DNA from: Limnochordia bacterium
GTDB lineage: Bacteria; Bacillota; Limnochordia; DTU080
NCBI GenBank assembly: GCA_050951545.1
Contig: JBMNJG010000001.1
Coordinates: forward strand, 1 to 64,000
DNA: 64,000 nt
Direction: 5' to 3'
Shown here: positions 49,202 through 59,608 of the stretch, one piece after another
Numbering within the stretch: position 1 is the first letter of the stretch
Layout: every line of letters begins with the position of its first letter
Notes under the pieces: generated by a model
Databases searched by the model: none
Seen by the model: the letters and a program-made list of their open reading frames with translations, nothing else
What the model was told of the DNA's origin: nothing
Program-made: the position numbers and the translations under genes

Positions 49202-50218
49202 ATGAGGAGACGGCAGTCGAACGAGGAAGGACGCGCTCCACAGCGGTTGGAGAGCAAACCCAAGCTTCTCGACCAGCTCCGAGAAGCCCTGCGTTCCCGA
49301 CACTACAGTCGTAGCACTGAACAGAGCTATTGCCTTTGGGTGAAGCGGTACGTATTCTTCCATGGCGTGCGTCACCCAGCTGAGATGGCGGAGCCAGAGA
49401 TCAACGCGTTCCTCAGCCATCTGGCAGTCGAGAAGAAGGTAAGCTCTTCGACACAGAACCAGGCTCTTAGCGCACTCTTGTTCTTGTACCGACATGTGCT
49501 TCACCGGCAAGTTGGCGAACTGGGAGAGGTCATTCGGGCTCGAAGGTCGCACCGACTTCCGGTGGTCATGAGCCGCGAGGAGGTTAGGGCAGTGCTGGAC
49601 AAGCTCCACGGCCAAAACTGGCTGTTGGCCTCCCTGTTGTACGGCACCGGGATGCGCGTTATGGAAACCTTAAGACTTCGAATCCAGGATATCGATTTCG
49701 CTAGTCATGAGATCGTAGTGCGGGATGGCAAGGGTTCACAGGACCGGGTAACGATGCTACCTGCGACGCTGGTGGCAGATCTGAAACGGCACTTAAGGTC
49801 GGTTAAGGCGGTCCATGAGAGCGATCTGCGCGACGGTTGGGGCCAGGTGGTATTGCCCTCTGCACTGTTGCGCAAATACCCGAATGCCGCCAGGGAATGG
49901 AGTTGGCAGTGGGTCTTTCCGCAGGCAACGCGCTGGCGGAACCATCAGACAGGCGAGCAAGGGCGTCATCATATCGATCCATCGATACTGCAGAAGGCTG
50001 TGCGAGGAGCAGTTCAGCAGGCGGGTTTGACCAAGTCGGCATCGTGCCATACCTTTCGGCATTCGTTTGCCACGCATCTTCTTGCGGATGGCTATGACAT
50101 CCGAACGGTGCAGGAGTTGCTCGGTCATAAGGATGTCAGGACGACCATGATCTATACTCATGTCCTGAATCGCGGAGGTAGGGGTGTACGAAGCCCGTTC
50201 GATGCGTTGCAGCAGTGA
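49202..50218 (+). CDS. intI: integron integrase
   Basis: Tyrosine recombinase R-K-H-R-H-Y ([25 protein letters not shown]) plus the IntI-specific insertion [33 protein letters not shown]; ORF open from 49151. Confidence 0.96.
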   Translation: MRRRQSNEEGRAPQRLESKPKLLDQLREALRSRHYSRSTEQSYCLWVKRYVFFHGVRHPAEMAEPEINAFLSHLAVEKKVSSSTQNQALSALLFLYRHVLHRQVGELGEVIRARRSHRLPVVMSREEVRAVLDKLHGQNWLLASLLYGTGMRVMETLRLRIQDIDFASHEIVVRDGKGSQDRVTMLPATLVADLKRHLRSVKAVHESDLRDGWGQVVLPSALLRKYPNAAREWSWQWVFPQATRWRNHQTGEQGRHHIDPSILQKAVRGAVQQAGLTKSASCHTFRHSFATHLLADGYDIRTVQELLGHKDVRTTMIYTHVLNRGGRGVRSPFDALQQ

Positions 50219-50375
50219 GGAGTTATGCGGAACCGCGTAAGCCGCCTCACTAGGGGGTCCGTTGGCGCAGTAACCGCCATGAGCTGGTCCTTTTGGGGCG
50301 CTTGGCACGGGCTGTTATGTGGCTACGCTGCCGTAGAATAGGCATTACGTGGAACGGTGTAAGCGCTAGTTAGGT
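50219..50375 (+). other. attI region 3' of intI; core site GTTAGGT at 50369-50375
   Basis: GTTAGGT is the exact complement of first-cassette R'' ACCTAAC (51286); no attC left arm upstream. Confidence 0.7.
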
Positions 50376-50409
50376 TGTCAATTAACTCAGATGAGAACGG
50401 GGGCGTGAA

Positions 50410-51282
50410 ATGATGAAGCTCACATACACACAACCCGAAATAATATCGCTAAAGACTCATCCGGATTTCGGTGAGAAGTGGCTTCAGGAGCGAATTGCGG
50501 AGGATCCGTCGATTCTAGGGCTTGGGGAGCTTGTTTTGAAGGATAAGGAGCGTGCTCAGCCCAACGCGGGGCGACTTGATCTATTGCTTCAAGACGCTGA
50601 AACATTCAGGAGATACGAAGTCGAAATACAGCTTGGCAAGACAGACGAGTCCCATATCATTCGAACAATTGAGTACTGGGATATTGAACGACGCCGATAC
50701 CCCCAGTATGAACATTGTGCTGTCATTGTTGCAGAAGATATCACTTCGAGATTTTTAAACGTCATAAGCCTATTCAATGGATTTATTCCCTTGATTGCGA
50801 TTCAACTACGTGCAATAGCGGTTGAGGATAAGATCGGTCTAGTATTTACCCGCGTGGTCGATGAACTACCGTTGGGCCTAACCGAAGACGATGAAATCAG
50901 TGAAGTAACTGACCGAGAGTACTGGGAGCAAAAACGAGGAACTAAACAAACGGTTGCCCTGGCCGACCGAATGCTTGAGCTTGTCCATACGTTCGCTCCT
51001 GGTTATGAACTCAAATATAACAAGTTCTATATTGGTCTCGCTCGTGACGGGCAGGCGAACAATTTTGCCGTTTTTCGACCGCAAAAAGCGGCATTGCGTT
51101 TTGAGATCTCTTTGGAGGAATCCGAAGAAGTAAGCAAGCGGTTGGAAGAGTCGGGTTTAGATGTCTTGGATTACGACCGACGTTGGCGGCGATATCGCAT
51201 TAAGCTATCCAAGTCAGACATTGACTCAAATCGCGAATTGCTGGTCGAACTACTTAAGGTTGCTTTTGAGGCTCGAGGTTGA
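50410..51282 (+). CDS. cassette 1: PD-(D/E)xK (NucS/DUF91-like) nuclease with DUF5655-like C-terminus
   Basis: E.WLQE.I..DPS.LGL, GRLDLLL, YEVEIQ motif. Confidence 0.65.
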   Translation: MMKLTYTQPEIISLKTHPDFGEKWLQERIAEDPSILGLGELVLKDKERAQPNAGRLDLLLQDAETFRRYEVEIQLGKTDESHIIRTIEYWDIERRRYPQYEHCAVIVAEDITSRFLNVISLFNGFIPLIAIQLRAIAVEDKIGLVFTRVVDELPLGLTEDDEISEVTDREYWEQKRGTKQTVALADRMLELVHTFAPGYELKYNKFYIGLARDGQANNFAVFRPQKAALRFEISLEESEEVSKRLEESGLDVLDYDRRWRRYRIKLSKSDIDSNRELLVELLKVAFEARG

Positions 51283-51285
51283 GCA

Positions 51286-51374
51286 ACCTAACAAGCGTAT
51301 CCAGCGGACGGGTGATAGTGCGCAGTTATGTTGAGGGCGAAAGCTTCCGCCGCTGATACGCAAGATCGTTGGGC
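51286..51374 (+). repeat. attC site
   Basis: ACCTAAC-AAGCGTATCCAGCGG...CCGCTGATACGC-AAGATC-GTTGGGC. Confidence 0.9.
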
Positions 51375-51424
51375 TGACCAGCCGCAACACTTGAGTGAAT
51401 GCCAGGAGAGGAGGGTTCGGTTCC

Positions 51425-51988
51425 ATGGCTGCCCCTGAGATCACGACTGTGCGCGAGCAGATAGCTTGGTCCTATGCCAACTTAGCTATGGCAGACGCTG
51501 CACTCGGCGACAGTGCAGAACGGTACGAGAGGAACCACTATGCCATCCGTAACAGGCTATATCACGGACTTATGTCAGGCAGGATGTCAATGCGTTCACT
51601 GTATCATGACGAACGGCTCAAGATGACGATGCCCCAGGCATGCTACTACTGTGGTAGCGATGATAGCCTTGCTGTCGATCATCTGATTCCTCGCATCAAA
51701 GGCGGGCGGGATGAGGCGGGAAATCTTGTATGGGCTTGTCGTTCCTGCAATAGCTCTAAGCAAGGCCGTGACATGCTCGAGTGGATGAAGCTCAAGTGCC
51801 GCTTTCCCTCTGTACTGCTTCTGAGGCGATACATTAAGGTTGTCGCCGGTCACTGTGAGCTGCATGGATGTATGGATGTCACGCTGGCTGAAGCACAACA
51901 TTTGGAGTTGCCCTTCGATTTGCGGCTTCTTCCCACTCAGTTTCCGCCATTGAACGGGCTCCAGCGATGGGTCCACCCAGCTACGTGA
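51425..51988 (+). CDS. cassette 2: HNH endonuclease
   Basis: CYYCG..DHLIP..GG..NLVWAC.SCNSSK. Confidence 0.88.
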   Translation: MAAPEITTVREQIAWSYANLAMADAALGDSAERYERNHYAIRNRLYHGLMSGRMSMRSLYHDERLKMTMPQACYYCGSDDSLAVDHLIPRIKGGRDEAGNLVWACRSCNSSKQGRDMLEWMKLKCRFPSVLLLRRYIKVVAGHCELHGCMDVTLAEAQHLELPFDLRLLPTQFPPLNGLQRWVHPAT

Positions 51989-51997
51989 ACAACGTCA

Positions 51998-52087
51998 GCC
52001 CAACAAGCGTATTCAGCAGACGGGTGGGAGTACGGTGCCTCTGACGGAACCTGTGGCCGCCGCCGCTGACACGCGAGGACGTTAGGC
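51998..52087 (+). repeat. attC site
   Basis: GCCCAAC...CCGCTGACACGC..GTTAGGC; R'' complements the upstream GTTGGGC. Confidence 0.9.
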
Positions 52088-52108
52088 CTATTGGAGGCAT
52101 GCACTCGG

Positions 52109-52807
52109 ATGCAGACCCTATATGACATCATTGTTGCCTACCAGGATCTATACGACAAGGCGCTTGATCTCTACTACGTATTCGAGGACGCGGACGTACC
52201 CGAGTTGAAGCAGAGATTGGGTGAGTTGAACAGGTTGGTGGAGGGTTTCCTCAGCATTGCGGGCCTCGAGTGGAGTGACTGTGGCAACTTGGGCAGGCAT
52301 CTGCATTTCATGGCGTACTACCTTGACCGAAATGACAAAGCCGCCAGTTACGCCGATGCCAAGGACATAGTATTCTCCGACCTTCCCACAGGGCTTAGGA
52401 AACTTATCAAGGATAACCCTGAGGAGAGCCACCTTGACGAGAGGCTGAATGCTTCGGTAATGCCGCTGGTCCGGGGGGGCTACTATGATTCGGCGATCAG
52501 GAAGGCATTCGTTGTTCTGACAGATCGGCTTAGGCGGTCGTTCGGCCCGGACGATGCACTGGACGGCGAACTGCTCGTGAACGCGGTGTTTGGAGGCAAG
52601 GGCACAGTTGACATCAGCCTTGATGACGCGACGAAGCAGGCATATAGAAACCTCTTCAGTGGTTTCTACGGTGTGTATCGTAATCGGTATGCGCACGGCG
52701 ACCCCGACACATCGCTTGCCGAGGTCAAGGCGGTCATCGAAATGACCAACAACCTGCTTCGGGAGATCGAACACATCGCATCAAGACCGGTTAGCAGCCA
52801 GGCCTAA
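52109..52807 (+). CDS. cassette 3: TIGR02391 family protein
   Basis: YDSAIRKAF.VL..RLR, DGE.LV..VF, LF.G.....RNRYAH; stop codon lies within attC R''. Confidence 0.75.
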   Translation: MQTLYDIIVAYQDLYDKALDLYYVFEDADVPELKQRLGELNRLVEGFLSIAGLEWSDCGNLGRHLHFMAYYLDRNDKAASYADAKDIVFSDLPTGLRKLIKDNPEESHLDERLNASVMPLVRGGYYDSAIRKAFVVLTDRLRRSFGPDDALDGELLVNAVFGGKGTVDISLDDATKQAYRNLFSGFYGVYRNRYAHGDPDTSLAEVKAVIEMTNNLLREIEHIASRPVSSQA

Positions 52808-52893
52808 CAAGCGTATTCAGCGGGCGCAGTGGTAGGTTTGGTTGTGTTGGCGGCAGGTTGCGGCGCCGCCGCTGACACGCGAGGACGTTAGGC
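52802..52893 (+). repeat. attC site
   Basis: GCCTAAC...CCGCTGACACGC..GTTAGGC. Confidence 0.9.
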
Positions 52894-52942
52894 AGCGAAT
52901 TGCAGACTCCTAAGCTGTGAGTCAGGGGGAGCGAACGTTGGC

Positions 52943-53893
52943 ATGACGCACCTGCACAAGGAATACACTCGCACAACATGCTGTTATAAAAAGGTCGGAA
53001 ATGTGGAGCTACAGCTAGACGCCTACCAGCTGGCCGGGAGCGCAGGTAGGCCTGCTATTCTTTGGATTCACGGCGGTGCCCTTATTTTCGGCAATCGGAG
53101 GCAGTTGCCCAGCGACCAGGTGGAGTTCTATCTTTCGCGTGGATACACGGTGATCTCCATCGACTATCGACTTGCTCCAGAGGCCAAGCTTCCAGAGATT
53201 GTCGATGATGTGCAGTGCGCGTACAGATGGATACAAGACCAAGCTGATTTGCTTAAAGTGGCGCGAGATCGTATGGCAATCGTAGGGCATTCGGCCGGAG
53301 GCTACCTTGCGCTTCTTACTGGGGCTCTTCAAAAACCGAGAGCTATCGTGTCGTTTTATGGATACGGTGACATTACATCAGACTGGTATTACAGAGCTGA
53401 TCCCCATTACCTGCAGGCCGGGTCAATCGACCCGAAAGCAGCCTACGCCTCGATCCGAGAGAGTGTCCTAGCTGGCAGTCCAATAACTCCCCGGAATACG
53501 TATTACAGGTACTGCCGTCAAAATGGTCTGTGGCCGACGTCTGTTTGTGGGTTTGACCCCAGAGTTGAAACAGCTCGGAGTGAGCCGCTTTGCCCAATCC
53601 GATTGGTCTCAAACACATACCCGCCTACGCTACTCATCCACGGTAAGAAGGATACAGACGTGCCGTTTGAAGAGTCAATCCGGATGGGTGAGGAACTAGA
53701 AAAACACAACGTTCCATATTCGATCATGCTTTTGGACGGTCGTGATCACTTATTTGACATATATCCCGAAGGTCTGCCGCCATTGGGGGAACCTATCGGC
53801 TTGGCACATCCTGAAGTTTGCGGCGTGTTTAGCAAGGTAGGGGCGTTTCTAGACGAGCACTTGGGGGCCAAGTCGCAGCTAGCGCAGCTTTGA
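52943..53893 (+). CDS. cassette 4: alpha/beta hydrolase (HSL-type esterase)
   Basis: HGGA, DYRLAPE, GHSAGG, HG..D.DVP, DHLF. Confidence 0.9.
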   Translation: MTHLHKEYTRTTCCYKKVGNVELQLDAYQLAGSAGRPAILWIHGGALIFGNRRQLPSDQVEFYLSRGYTVISIDYRLAPEAKLPEIVDDVQCAYRWIQDQADLLKVARDRMAIVGHSAGGYLALLTGALQKPRAIVSFYGYGDITSDWYYRADPHYLQAGSIDPKAAYASIRESVLAGSPITPRNTYYRYCRQNGLWPTSVCGFDPRVETARSEPLCPIRLVSNTYPPTLLIHGKKDTDVPFEESIRMGEELEKHNVPYSIMLLDGRDHLFDIYPEGLPPLGEPIGLAHPEVCGVFSKVGAFLDEHLGAKSQLAQL

Positions 53894-53921
53894 ATCCGGT
53901 GTAAATAGTGCTAAGATCCTA

Positions 53922-54012
53922 GTCTAACAAGCGCATCCACCGGACGGGTGATGGAGCAGCTGCGTTGACTAGAAGGCTGTACCGCCGCAGCTTATGCGCA
54001 AGGTCGTTAGGC
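53922..54012 (+). repeat. attC site
   Basis: GTCTAAC...GCAGCTTATGCGC..GTTAGGC. Confidence 0.85.
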
Positions 54013-54043
54013 ATAGTCTAGGCGGGGTTTAGGAGGTGAATAC

Positions 54044-54541
54044 ATGCGAGTCGTCGTGCTTCGTGGACCGATTGCCGTTGGCAAGACCAGCGTTGCTCAG
54101 GAACTTACCAGGTTCTTCGACAAGTCCGCTATTGTACCAGTTGACTGGCTACGACACATGGTTGGTGGATGGAGACCGGAGAGCGAATCGGAAATGCTGC
54201 TTGCTGCCAAGAATGCGGCAGCCCTTGCTCAAAACTTCGCCGCAGCGGGTTATTGCGCAATAATCGATGGCCCGTTCGACTATAGTGAGGCTCTTTCGGA
54301 GCTACTATCCGGGCTGGGCGGCCAACAGGTAGAGGTAGTCACGCTCATCGCTAGTTGGGACGAGGTTTTGCGTCGACATAACAAAAGGCCTGAGAACCAC
54401 CGGGCTGAACTCTCACGGGTGACTTCTGTATATCAGCACATTGTCGACAACCGAGATATCGGCGGGGTCTGGGTCAATACCGATAGCACTTCGGCTGCTG
54501 AGATAGCAAAGAAGATTGCTGCAAGGTATGTCCATGCCTAA
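54044..54541 (+). CDS. cassette 5: AAA/P-loop nucleotide kinase
   Basis: GPIAVGKT Walker A, D.LR; stop codon in attC. Confidence 0.8.
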   Translation: MRVVVLRGPIAVGKTSVAQELTRFFDKSAIVPVDWLRHMVGGWRPESESEMLLAAKNAAALAQNFAAAGYCAIIDGPFDYSEALSELLSGLGGQQVEVVTLIASWDEVLRRHNKRPENHRAELSRVTSVYQHIVDNRDIGGVWVNTDSTSAAEIAKKIAARYVHA

Positions 54542-54592
54542 CAGGCGTATTCATCGGACGCAGTGCGCCGCTTATACGCAATGACGCTAGAT
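54536..54592 (+). repeat. short chimeric attC (57 bp), R' GCTAGAT
   Basis: GCCTAAC..ATTCATCGGACGCAGTGCGCCGCTTATACGC..GCTAGAT. Confidence 0.75.
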
Positions 54593-54652
54593 GCACATTG
54601 TTGACGGTTGGGCAACCTTCGACCAGTGTGTATCTGAGAGAGGTGATATATC

Positions 54653-55114
54653 ATGTCGCGTTTTCGCTACACTATCCGTAAGGCAGAACGCGCCGATGTT
54701 GACCAGCTTATACGCTTGTCCAAGCTCTGGGCAGTTGAAGGCTGTACGCGTGGGTATCCAGCGTTTGACAAAGGCGGTGATAGGCCCGAAAAATGGTTCA
54801 CTAGCGGATACATATGGGTTGCAGAGTTGGGTGATACAATCGTAGGTTTTGTTGCTGGTGTTGCTAAAATCGGCCATGGACAGCCCTTTAATTCGGATGG
54901 AGAGCGATACCTGCATATTCATGAAGTCTATGTTGAGCCAGGTCACCGGGGTGACGGCGTAGGAAGCTGCTTAGTGGAAGCGATTTTGAGCAATGCAAAA
55001 TCAGATGGGATTCAAAGATCGTTAGTGGCATCTGGCAATGTCGATTGGGAGAACACTTATCGCTTCTATGCGCGACACGGTTTTCAGATGCTGTCGATGC
55101 AGATGTATCTTTAG
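54653..55114 (+). CDS. cassette 6: GNAT N-acetyltransferase (copy 2)
   Basis: Protein identical to 45775-46236. Confidence 0.88.
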   Translation: MSRFRYTIRKAERADVDQLIRLSKLWAVEGCTRGYPAFDKGGDRPEKWFTSGYIWVAELGDTIVGFVAGVAKIGHGQPFNSDGERYLHIHEVYVEPGHRGDGVGSCLVEAILSNAKSDGIQRSLVASGNVDWENTYRFYARHGFQMLSMQMYL

Positions 55115-55153
55115 GTGCTTGTCCTATGCATTTTCACGGAGCGCTTAAGTGGC

Positions 55154-55245
55154 ATCTAACAGGCGTATTAAGCGGCCGGCGTGGTAGGTTAGGTCTCATT
55201 GGCGGTAGGCTTGCGTGCCGCAGCTTATGCGCTAGATCGTTAGGA
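55154..55245 (+). repeat. attC site
   Basis: ATCTAAC...GTTAGGA, same as 46276-46367. Confidence 0.85.
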
Positions 55246-55310
55246 GCATATGAGATTAAGATGAAGACTGCCATTGCGGCGATGGTGCGGAGAGATCGGA
55301 GGTGTGCGAT

Positions 55311-55625
55311 GTGGAGATCACTCTGCTGCATGCCACACCCAAGGCGAAGGTTGACATTATCCTCAGGGAGGGACTAAGGGCCGCTTCGGCGTTCAACGAT
55401 CTTGGGATACCAATGAGGCGGGGAGTAGTATACTGCTGGCTCCGTCGCGAGCACGACAAGATGTGGGGGAACAATACCGATTATACCTACATCGAGGTTA
55501 CCGTTGACCGTTCCAGGTGCCGAGTTGCTGACATGGAGTGGAGCTCACTGGCTCTCATGTACTTGCAGGGTAACCTGAAACCAGAGCATTCCGAGGCAGC
55601 TAGCCTTCTCGCTCCGGTTGACTGA
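55311..55625 (+). pseudogene. cassette 7: putative ADP-ribosyltransferase copy 2 with 105-bp in-frame deletion
   Basis: Same as 46433-46852 but lacks the RLYEV...PEVLV...NKL segment. Confidence 0.6.
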
Positions 55626-55666
55626 GCGTGTCCAGTTTGCCACCGGACTCACCAGGAATGACGAAC

Positions 55667-55760
55667 TCCTAACAGGCGCATTCAGCGGCCGTAGTGGCAG
55701 GCTGGTACTCTTAGCGGAACCGACGACCGCCGCAGCAGCTTATACGCAAGATCGTTAGGT
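55667..55760 (+). repeat. attC site
   Basis: TCCTAAC...GCAGCTTATACGC..GTTAGGT. Confidence 0.85.
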
Positions 55761-55831
55761 GGACATATAGATGGAGCAGAGCCTGTTGAAAATGCGTACA
55801 ACGACGGCGTAGGCCAGTAGCGAGGTGCACC

Positions 55832-56572
55832 ATGTATCTCCATGCTGATGTTGTCACTGTGAACGGGGTTGCAGTTATTGCCGTTGCTGATCGTGAAACA
55901 GCGGGTAACCTCAAGGTGATTCGTGATTATGCCATTGATGTGGTGGGTTTCTACAACTCCTTGCTCGGCTTCTATCCACACCCATATATAGTGATCATTC
56001 CTGGCGCCGAGCCTCCAACGGGCGGTTGTCCAGTTGATACTGGCGTGATTAGAATCCATGGGTTGGGTGCTTTGGCAGATAAGAGTCCCAACTATTGGAA
56101 GTGGCTAGTGGCTCATGAGGTTGCACATATGTACTGGGGCTATTACGTTCGCGACGCTGAAAAGACAAGCTGGAGTCAGTTGGGATGGCTGACGATAGGG
56201 TTAGGAATGTATCTTGATAAGCAATTTATAGAAGCAAGAAGCATCGACTACAGGGTACACGATAGCCTGGTAGCGGCTTTCCGAAAAGCCGAGAAGGATG
56301 GACTGGAAGTTGCGTTTGGGAAAACTGACAATGAAATAAGGCGGATGAGCTTTGACTACAACACTATCGTTCTCCACGGGCGCTCCTTTGCTATTGTTGA
56401 GGAAATCGAGATGCATATAGGTAAGACTGTGTTCGACCAAGTCTTCAGAGCCGTGTTACAAGAGTATGCATATAAAGAGATCTCATTCCCATTGTTGAGA
56501 GAGTTCATTTTCAAGAGTACAGGCAAAGACATCGGTTTCATCGTTAGGGAGTACGCCGATATGGGTGTGTAG
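55832..56572 (+). CDS. cassette 8: M1-family-like zinc metallopeptidase domain
   Basis: VAHEVAHMYWG HEXXH motif; the distal Glu ligand (WL.EG) appears replaced (WLTIG). Confidence 0.65.
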   Translation: MYLHADVVTVNGVAVIAVADRETAGNLKVIRDYAIDVVGFYNSLLGFYPHPYIVIIPGAEPPTGGCPVDTGVIRIHGLGALADKSPNYWKWLVAHEVAHMYWGYYVRDAEKTSWSQLGWLTIGLGMYLDKQFIEARSIDYRVHDSLVAAFRKAEKDGLEVAFGKTDNEIRRMSFDYNTIVLHGRSFAIVEEIEMHIGKTVFDQVFRAVLQEYAYKEISFPLLREFIFKSTGKDIGFIVREYADMGV

Positions 56573-56603
56573 GAACTAGTCTGTCCGTTGTCTCGAGTCT
56601 GCC

Positions 56604-56697
56604 TCCTAACAAGCGCATGCAGCGGACGCATGGTTGGCCTGGGGGCGGTACGGTGGCTGGGTGGTGCGCCGCTGATGCGCAAGATCGATCGTTCGCC
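56604..56697 (+). repeat. attC site with GATC duplication and non-canonical R' (GTTCGCC)
   Basis: TCCTAAC..GCATGCAGCGG...CCGCTGATGCGC-AAGATCGATC-GTTCGCC. Confidence 0.75.
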
Positions 56698-57187
56698 CGA
56701 TATAGGAGATCGTGTCCATGGCTCTTGACTTGAAGGGGCTTGCACAGCGAGTTGAAGATGTACTGCCTGACCGGGTTGCCCGTGCTGCTCAGCTAACCGC
56801 ACTGGCTGATTCACTGGTATACATCAATGCCCGGAATCCATCAATCTGGCTGGTGCACGTGCTCTCGGATCGTGTTCGGTTGTTCGCAGGGCGTCTGATC
56901 GTCCTGACGCTGCAGCGCCAGAGCCTTTGGGTTACCGTGGAGGACGCCAAAGGGGTTGACGAACTCGCCGCTCTGTGTTCGTGGCAGTGGGACACAGAAT
57001 CATATCCGAGATACCGACGCCCCCCTTCTCGGAACGGATTCTACAGCCCAATGCGAGATCAAGATCAAGACTGGCAAGCAATCCAGAAGGTACACTTCGA
57101 CGTAACCGTCCAATAGTACCCACGTTGAACGGGTCATCGTGAGACCCCATACTGGGATTGAGATCACTGTATGGGGGTTGGTTCCTG

Positions 57188-57520
57188 ATGAAAAGGCCCG
57201 GGTTACGTGAACTGTGGCGTGAGCGAGTGAAGGCCTTCCGCACGAGCGGTCTCAACGGGGTCGCTTGGTGCGCCCAAGAGGGTGTTAGTAGAGATCAGCT
57301 GTACTACTGGCTGAAGAAATTCGAGAATGAACCGACCCCGGACAACGCCCCGGCGGCGGAGCCCAATGGGTGGCTTCCTGTAACCATAGACGTCGCAGAG
57401 AATCCGGGCCAGGCACAGCCTCTTACCGTTCGAATAGGCCACGCCGTCATAGAAGTGCAGTCGGGTTTCGATCAGAACTTATTTGCCGACGTAGCCAAAG
57501 CCCTGGTGGCGCTATGTTGA
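57188..57520 (+). CDS. tnpA: IS66 accessory protein TnpA
   Basis: W.ERV..F..SGL...WC..EGVS..QLYYW.KKF. Confidence 0.85.
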   Translation: MKRPGLRELWRERVKAFRTSGLNGVAWCAQEGVSRDQLYYWLKKFENEPTPDNAPAAEPNGWLPVTIDVAENPGQAQPLTVRIGHAVIEVQSGFDQNLFADVAKALVALC

Positions 57521-57867
57521 TGGACACCGGGGCGAGGAGAGTCTATCTGGCATGTGGATGCACCGATTTGCGCAAATCCATCGATGGTCTGGCGGCTTTG
57601 GTGAGTGAAGCGTTTGCGCTAGATCCGTTTGCGCCGTGTCTGTTTGTCTTCTGCAATAGACAGCGAGATAAGATCAAGATCCTTGAGTGGGATCATAATG
57701 GTTTCTGGCTTTACTACCGTCGGCTTGAACGGGGGCGTTTTCAATGGCCCAGCTCCCCGGAGGCCACGATGTCTGTGAGTCGTCGCCAACTGCAGTGGTT
57801 ACTTGATGGATTGTCGCTCGAACAGCACCAGGCTCATCCTGTTGTGAGAGCGCGCGAAGTCATCTAG
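57514..57867 (+). CDS. tnpB: IS66 accessory protein TnpB
   Basis: TDLRKSIDGL, FVFCNRQRDKIKIL.WD.NGF.L.YRRLERG.F.WP. Confidence 0.92.
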   Translation: MLMDTGARRVYLACGCTDLRKSIDGLAALVSEAFALDPFAPCLFVFCNRQRDKIKILEWDHNGFWLYYRRLERGRFQWPSSPEATMSVSRRQLQWLLDGLSLEQHQAHPVVRAREVI

Positions 57868-57949
57868 ACCGCGGCTTTTTTGCACGAACACGTCATTTTT
57901 TGCCATCCTGGTAAGAGGGAAATGGACTGGGATGGCGAAGTAAACATGC

Positions 57950-59608
57950 ATGGAAACGCCAGCTCACGCCACAAATGAGAGCCTCCGTATGCGGTGTGCC
58001 GAATTGGAGATGCTCAATCATAATCTAGAGTTGCTCAACACCGAGTTGAAGCAGCAGATCATCGAGATCAGCGACAAAACACGCTGGTTAGAGGAGCAAT
58101 TGCGCCTTGCTGTGCATCGCCGATACAGCCCTTCCAGCGAACGCTATTGTTCAGGACAAATGCTGCTTGACTTGTGCGAGGATGTGGCGTCCGCCCAGGC
58201 AGCAACTGTGCAAGCCGAGCTGGTATCCGCGGACGAGGAAGAAAAGACTACCCGTTCCCCCCGCAAATGGCGCAAACAACGCGAGGCGAAGCTCAAGAAT
58301 CTTGAGGTGGAAACGGTCGAGTACCGGTTACCCGAGCATGAATGCGTTTGCCCGTACTGCGACGGTGCTTTGCACGAGATGAGCAAAGAGATCCGGCGAG
58401 AACTGAAGATCACTCCGCCTGAGGTAAGCGTCGTTGAGCACACGTGTTATGTATATAGCTGTCGCCACTGTGAGAGCAACCATATAGAGACGCCCATTCT
58501 CACGGCACCGATGCCAGACCCTGTGATTTCAGGAAGCTTGGCTTCTCCATCGGCGCTAGCCTATATTATGTCCCAGAAATTCGTCGATGGGTTGCCGCTA
58601 TATCGCCAAGAGAAGCAGCTGCAGCGCTTTGGAGTAGAGTTGTCGCGACAAACCATGGCCAACTGGATGTTGCGCGGCGCGCGATGGCTTGATGTACTCC
58701 ATGACCGGCTGCACCATGAGTTGCTGCAACGTGATGTCCTGCATGCAGATGAGACTCATCTTCAGGTGTTGCGCGAACCCGGACGATCGGCAAAGACCAA
58801 TTCATATCTGTGGCTTTACCGGAGTAGTCGCGCCGGGCCGGCGATCATCTTGTTTGACTACCAACAGACGCGTGCGGCTGAACACCCTCGCCGATTTCTT
58901 TCAGGTTTCTCTGGCTACCTGCATGCAGATGGCTATGTAGGCTATGAAGGATTGCCTAACGTCGAGTTGGTGGGTTGCTGGGCCCATGCGCGTCGCAAAT
59001 TCGCAGAGGCGGCCAAGAGCTTGCCGCCATCATCGAAATCGAGTACTTCCGTCAAACCGGCGGCGCTTGAGGGTCTGGAACTCTGTCAGGCGCTCTTCAA
59101 AATCGAAAAGGAGCTGAAGGATCTCACGGATGAAGAACGGCATGCTGCTCGACAGGAACGTAGCCGTCCTATCGTAGAGAGATTCCGCCAGTGGTTGGAG
59201 CAGAAATCTCACTCCGTGCTGCCCAAGGGGCTCTTGGGTACTGCCGTCGGCTACTGCCTCAACCAATGGGACAAGCTAACCACTTTTCTTAAGGATGGAC
59301 GGCTAGAACTTAGCAACAACCGGGCTGAAAACAGCATCCGTCCTGTTGTGGTCGGCCGGAAGAATTGGCTATTCGCCAACACCCCCGAGGGAGCTCGGGC
59401 CAGTGCCACCATCTACAGCATCGTTGAGACGGCTAAGGAAAACGGTGTGAACCCGCTCAGTTACCTAACATACCTCTTTGAGCAGTTACCCAACCAGAAC
59501 CTTGATGACCCGGCCGTTGTAGGTGAGCTGTTGCCGTGGTCACCCACCATAAAGGCTAAGTGCCAACTCATACCCGATGATTCAAGACAAGACGCCCCTG
59601 CCAAGTAA
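57950..59608 (+). CDS. tnpC: IS66 family transposase TnpC
   Basis: CPYC zinc finger, [28 protein letters not shown]...GRKNWLF. Confidence 0.95.
   Translation: METPAHATNESLRMRCAELEMLNHNLELLNTELKQQIIEISDKTRWLEEQLRLAVHRRYSPSSERYCSGQMLLDLCEDVASAQAATVQAELVSADEEEKTTRSPRKWRKQREAKLKNLEVETVEYRLPEHECVCPYCDGALHEMSKEIRRELKITPPEVSVVEHTCYVYSCRHCESNHIETPILTAPMPDPVISGSLASPSALAYIMSQKFVDGLPLYRQEKQLQRFGVELSRQTMANWMLRGARWLDVLHDRLHHELLQRDVLHADETHLQVLREPGRSAKTNSYLWLYRSSRAGPAIILFDYQQTRAAEHPRRFLSGFSGYLHADGYVGYEGLPNVELVGCWAHARRKFAEAAKSLPPSSKSSTSVKPAALEGLELCQALFKIEKELKDLTDEERHAARQERSRPIVERFRQWLEQKSHSVLPKGLLGTAVGYCLNQWDKLTTFLKDGRLELSNNRAENSIRPVVVGRKNWLFANTPEGARASATIYSIVETAKENGVNPLSYLTYLFEQLPNQNLDDPAVVGELLPWSPTIKAKCQLIPDDSRQDAPAK

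Noticed and set aside
49064-50308. Minus-strand ORFs of 183 and 171 aa over intI
   Set aside because: Antisense shadows of the integrase gene
57514-57867. TnpB as an RNA-guided nuclease
   Set aside because: This is the small IS66 accessory TnpB, unrelated to IS200/IS605 TnpB
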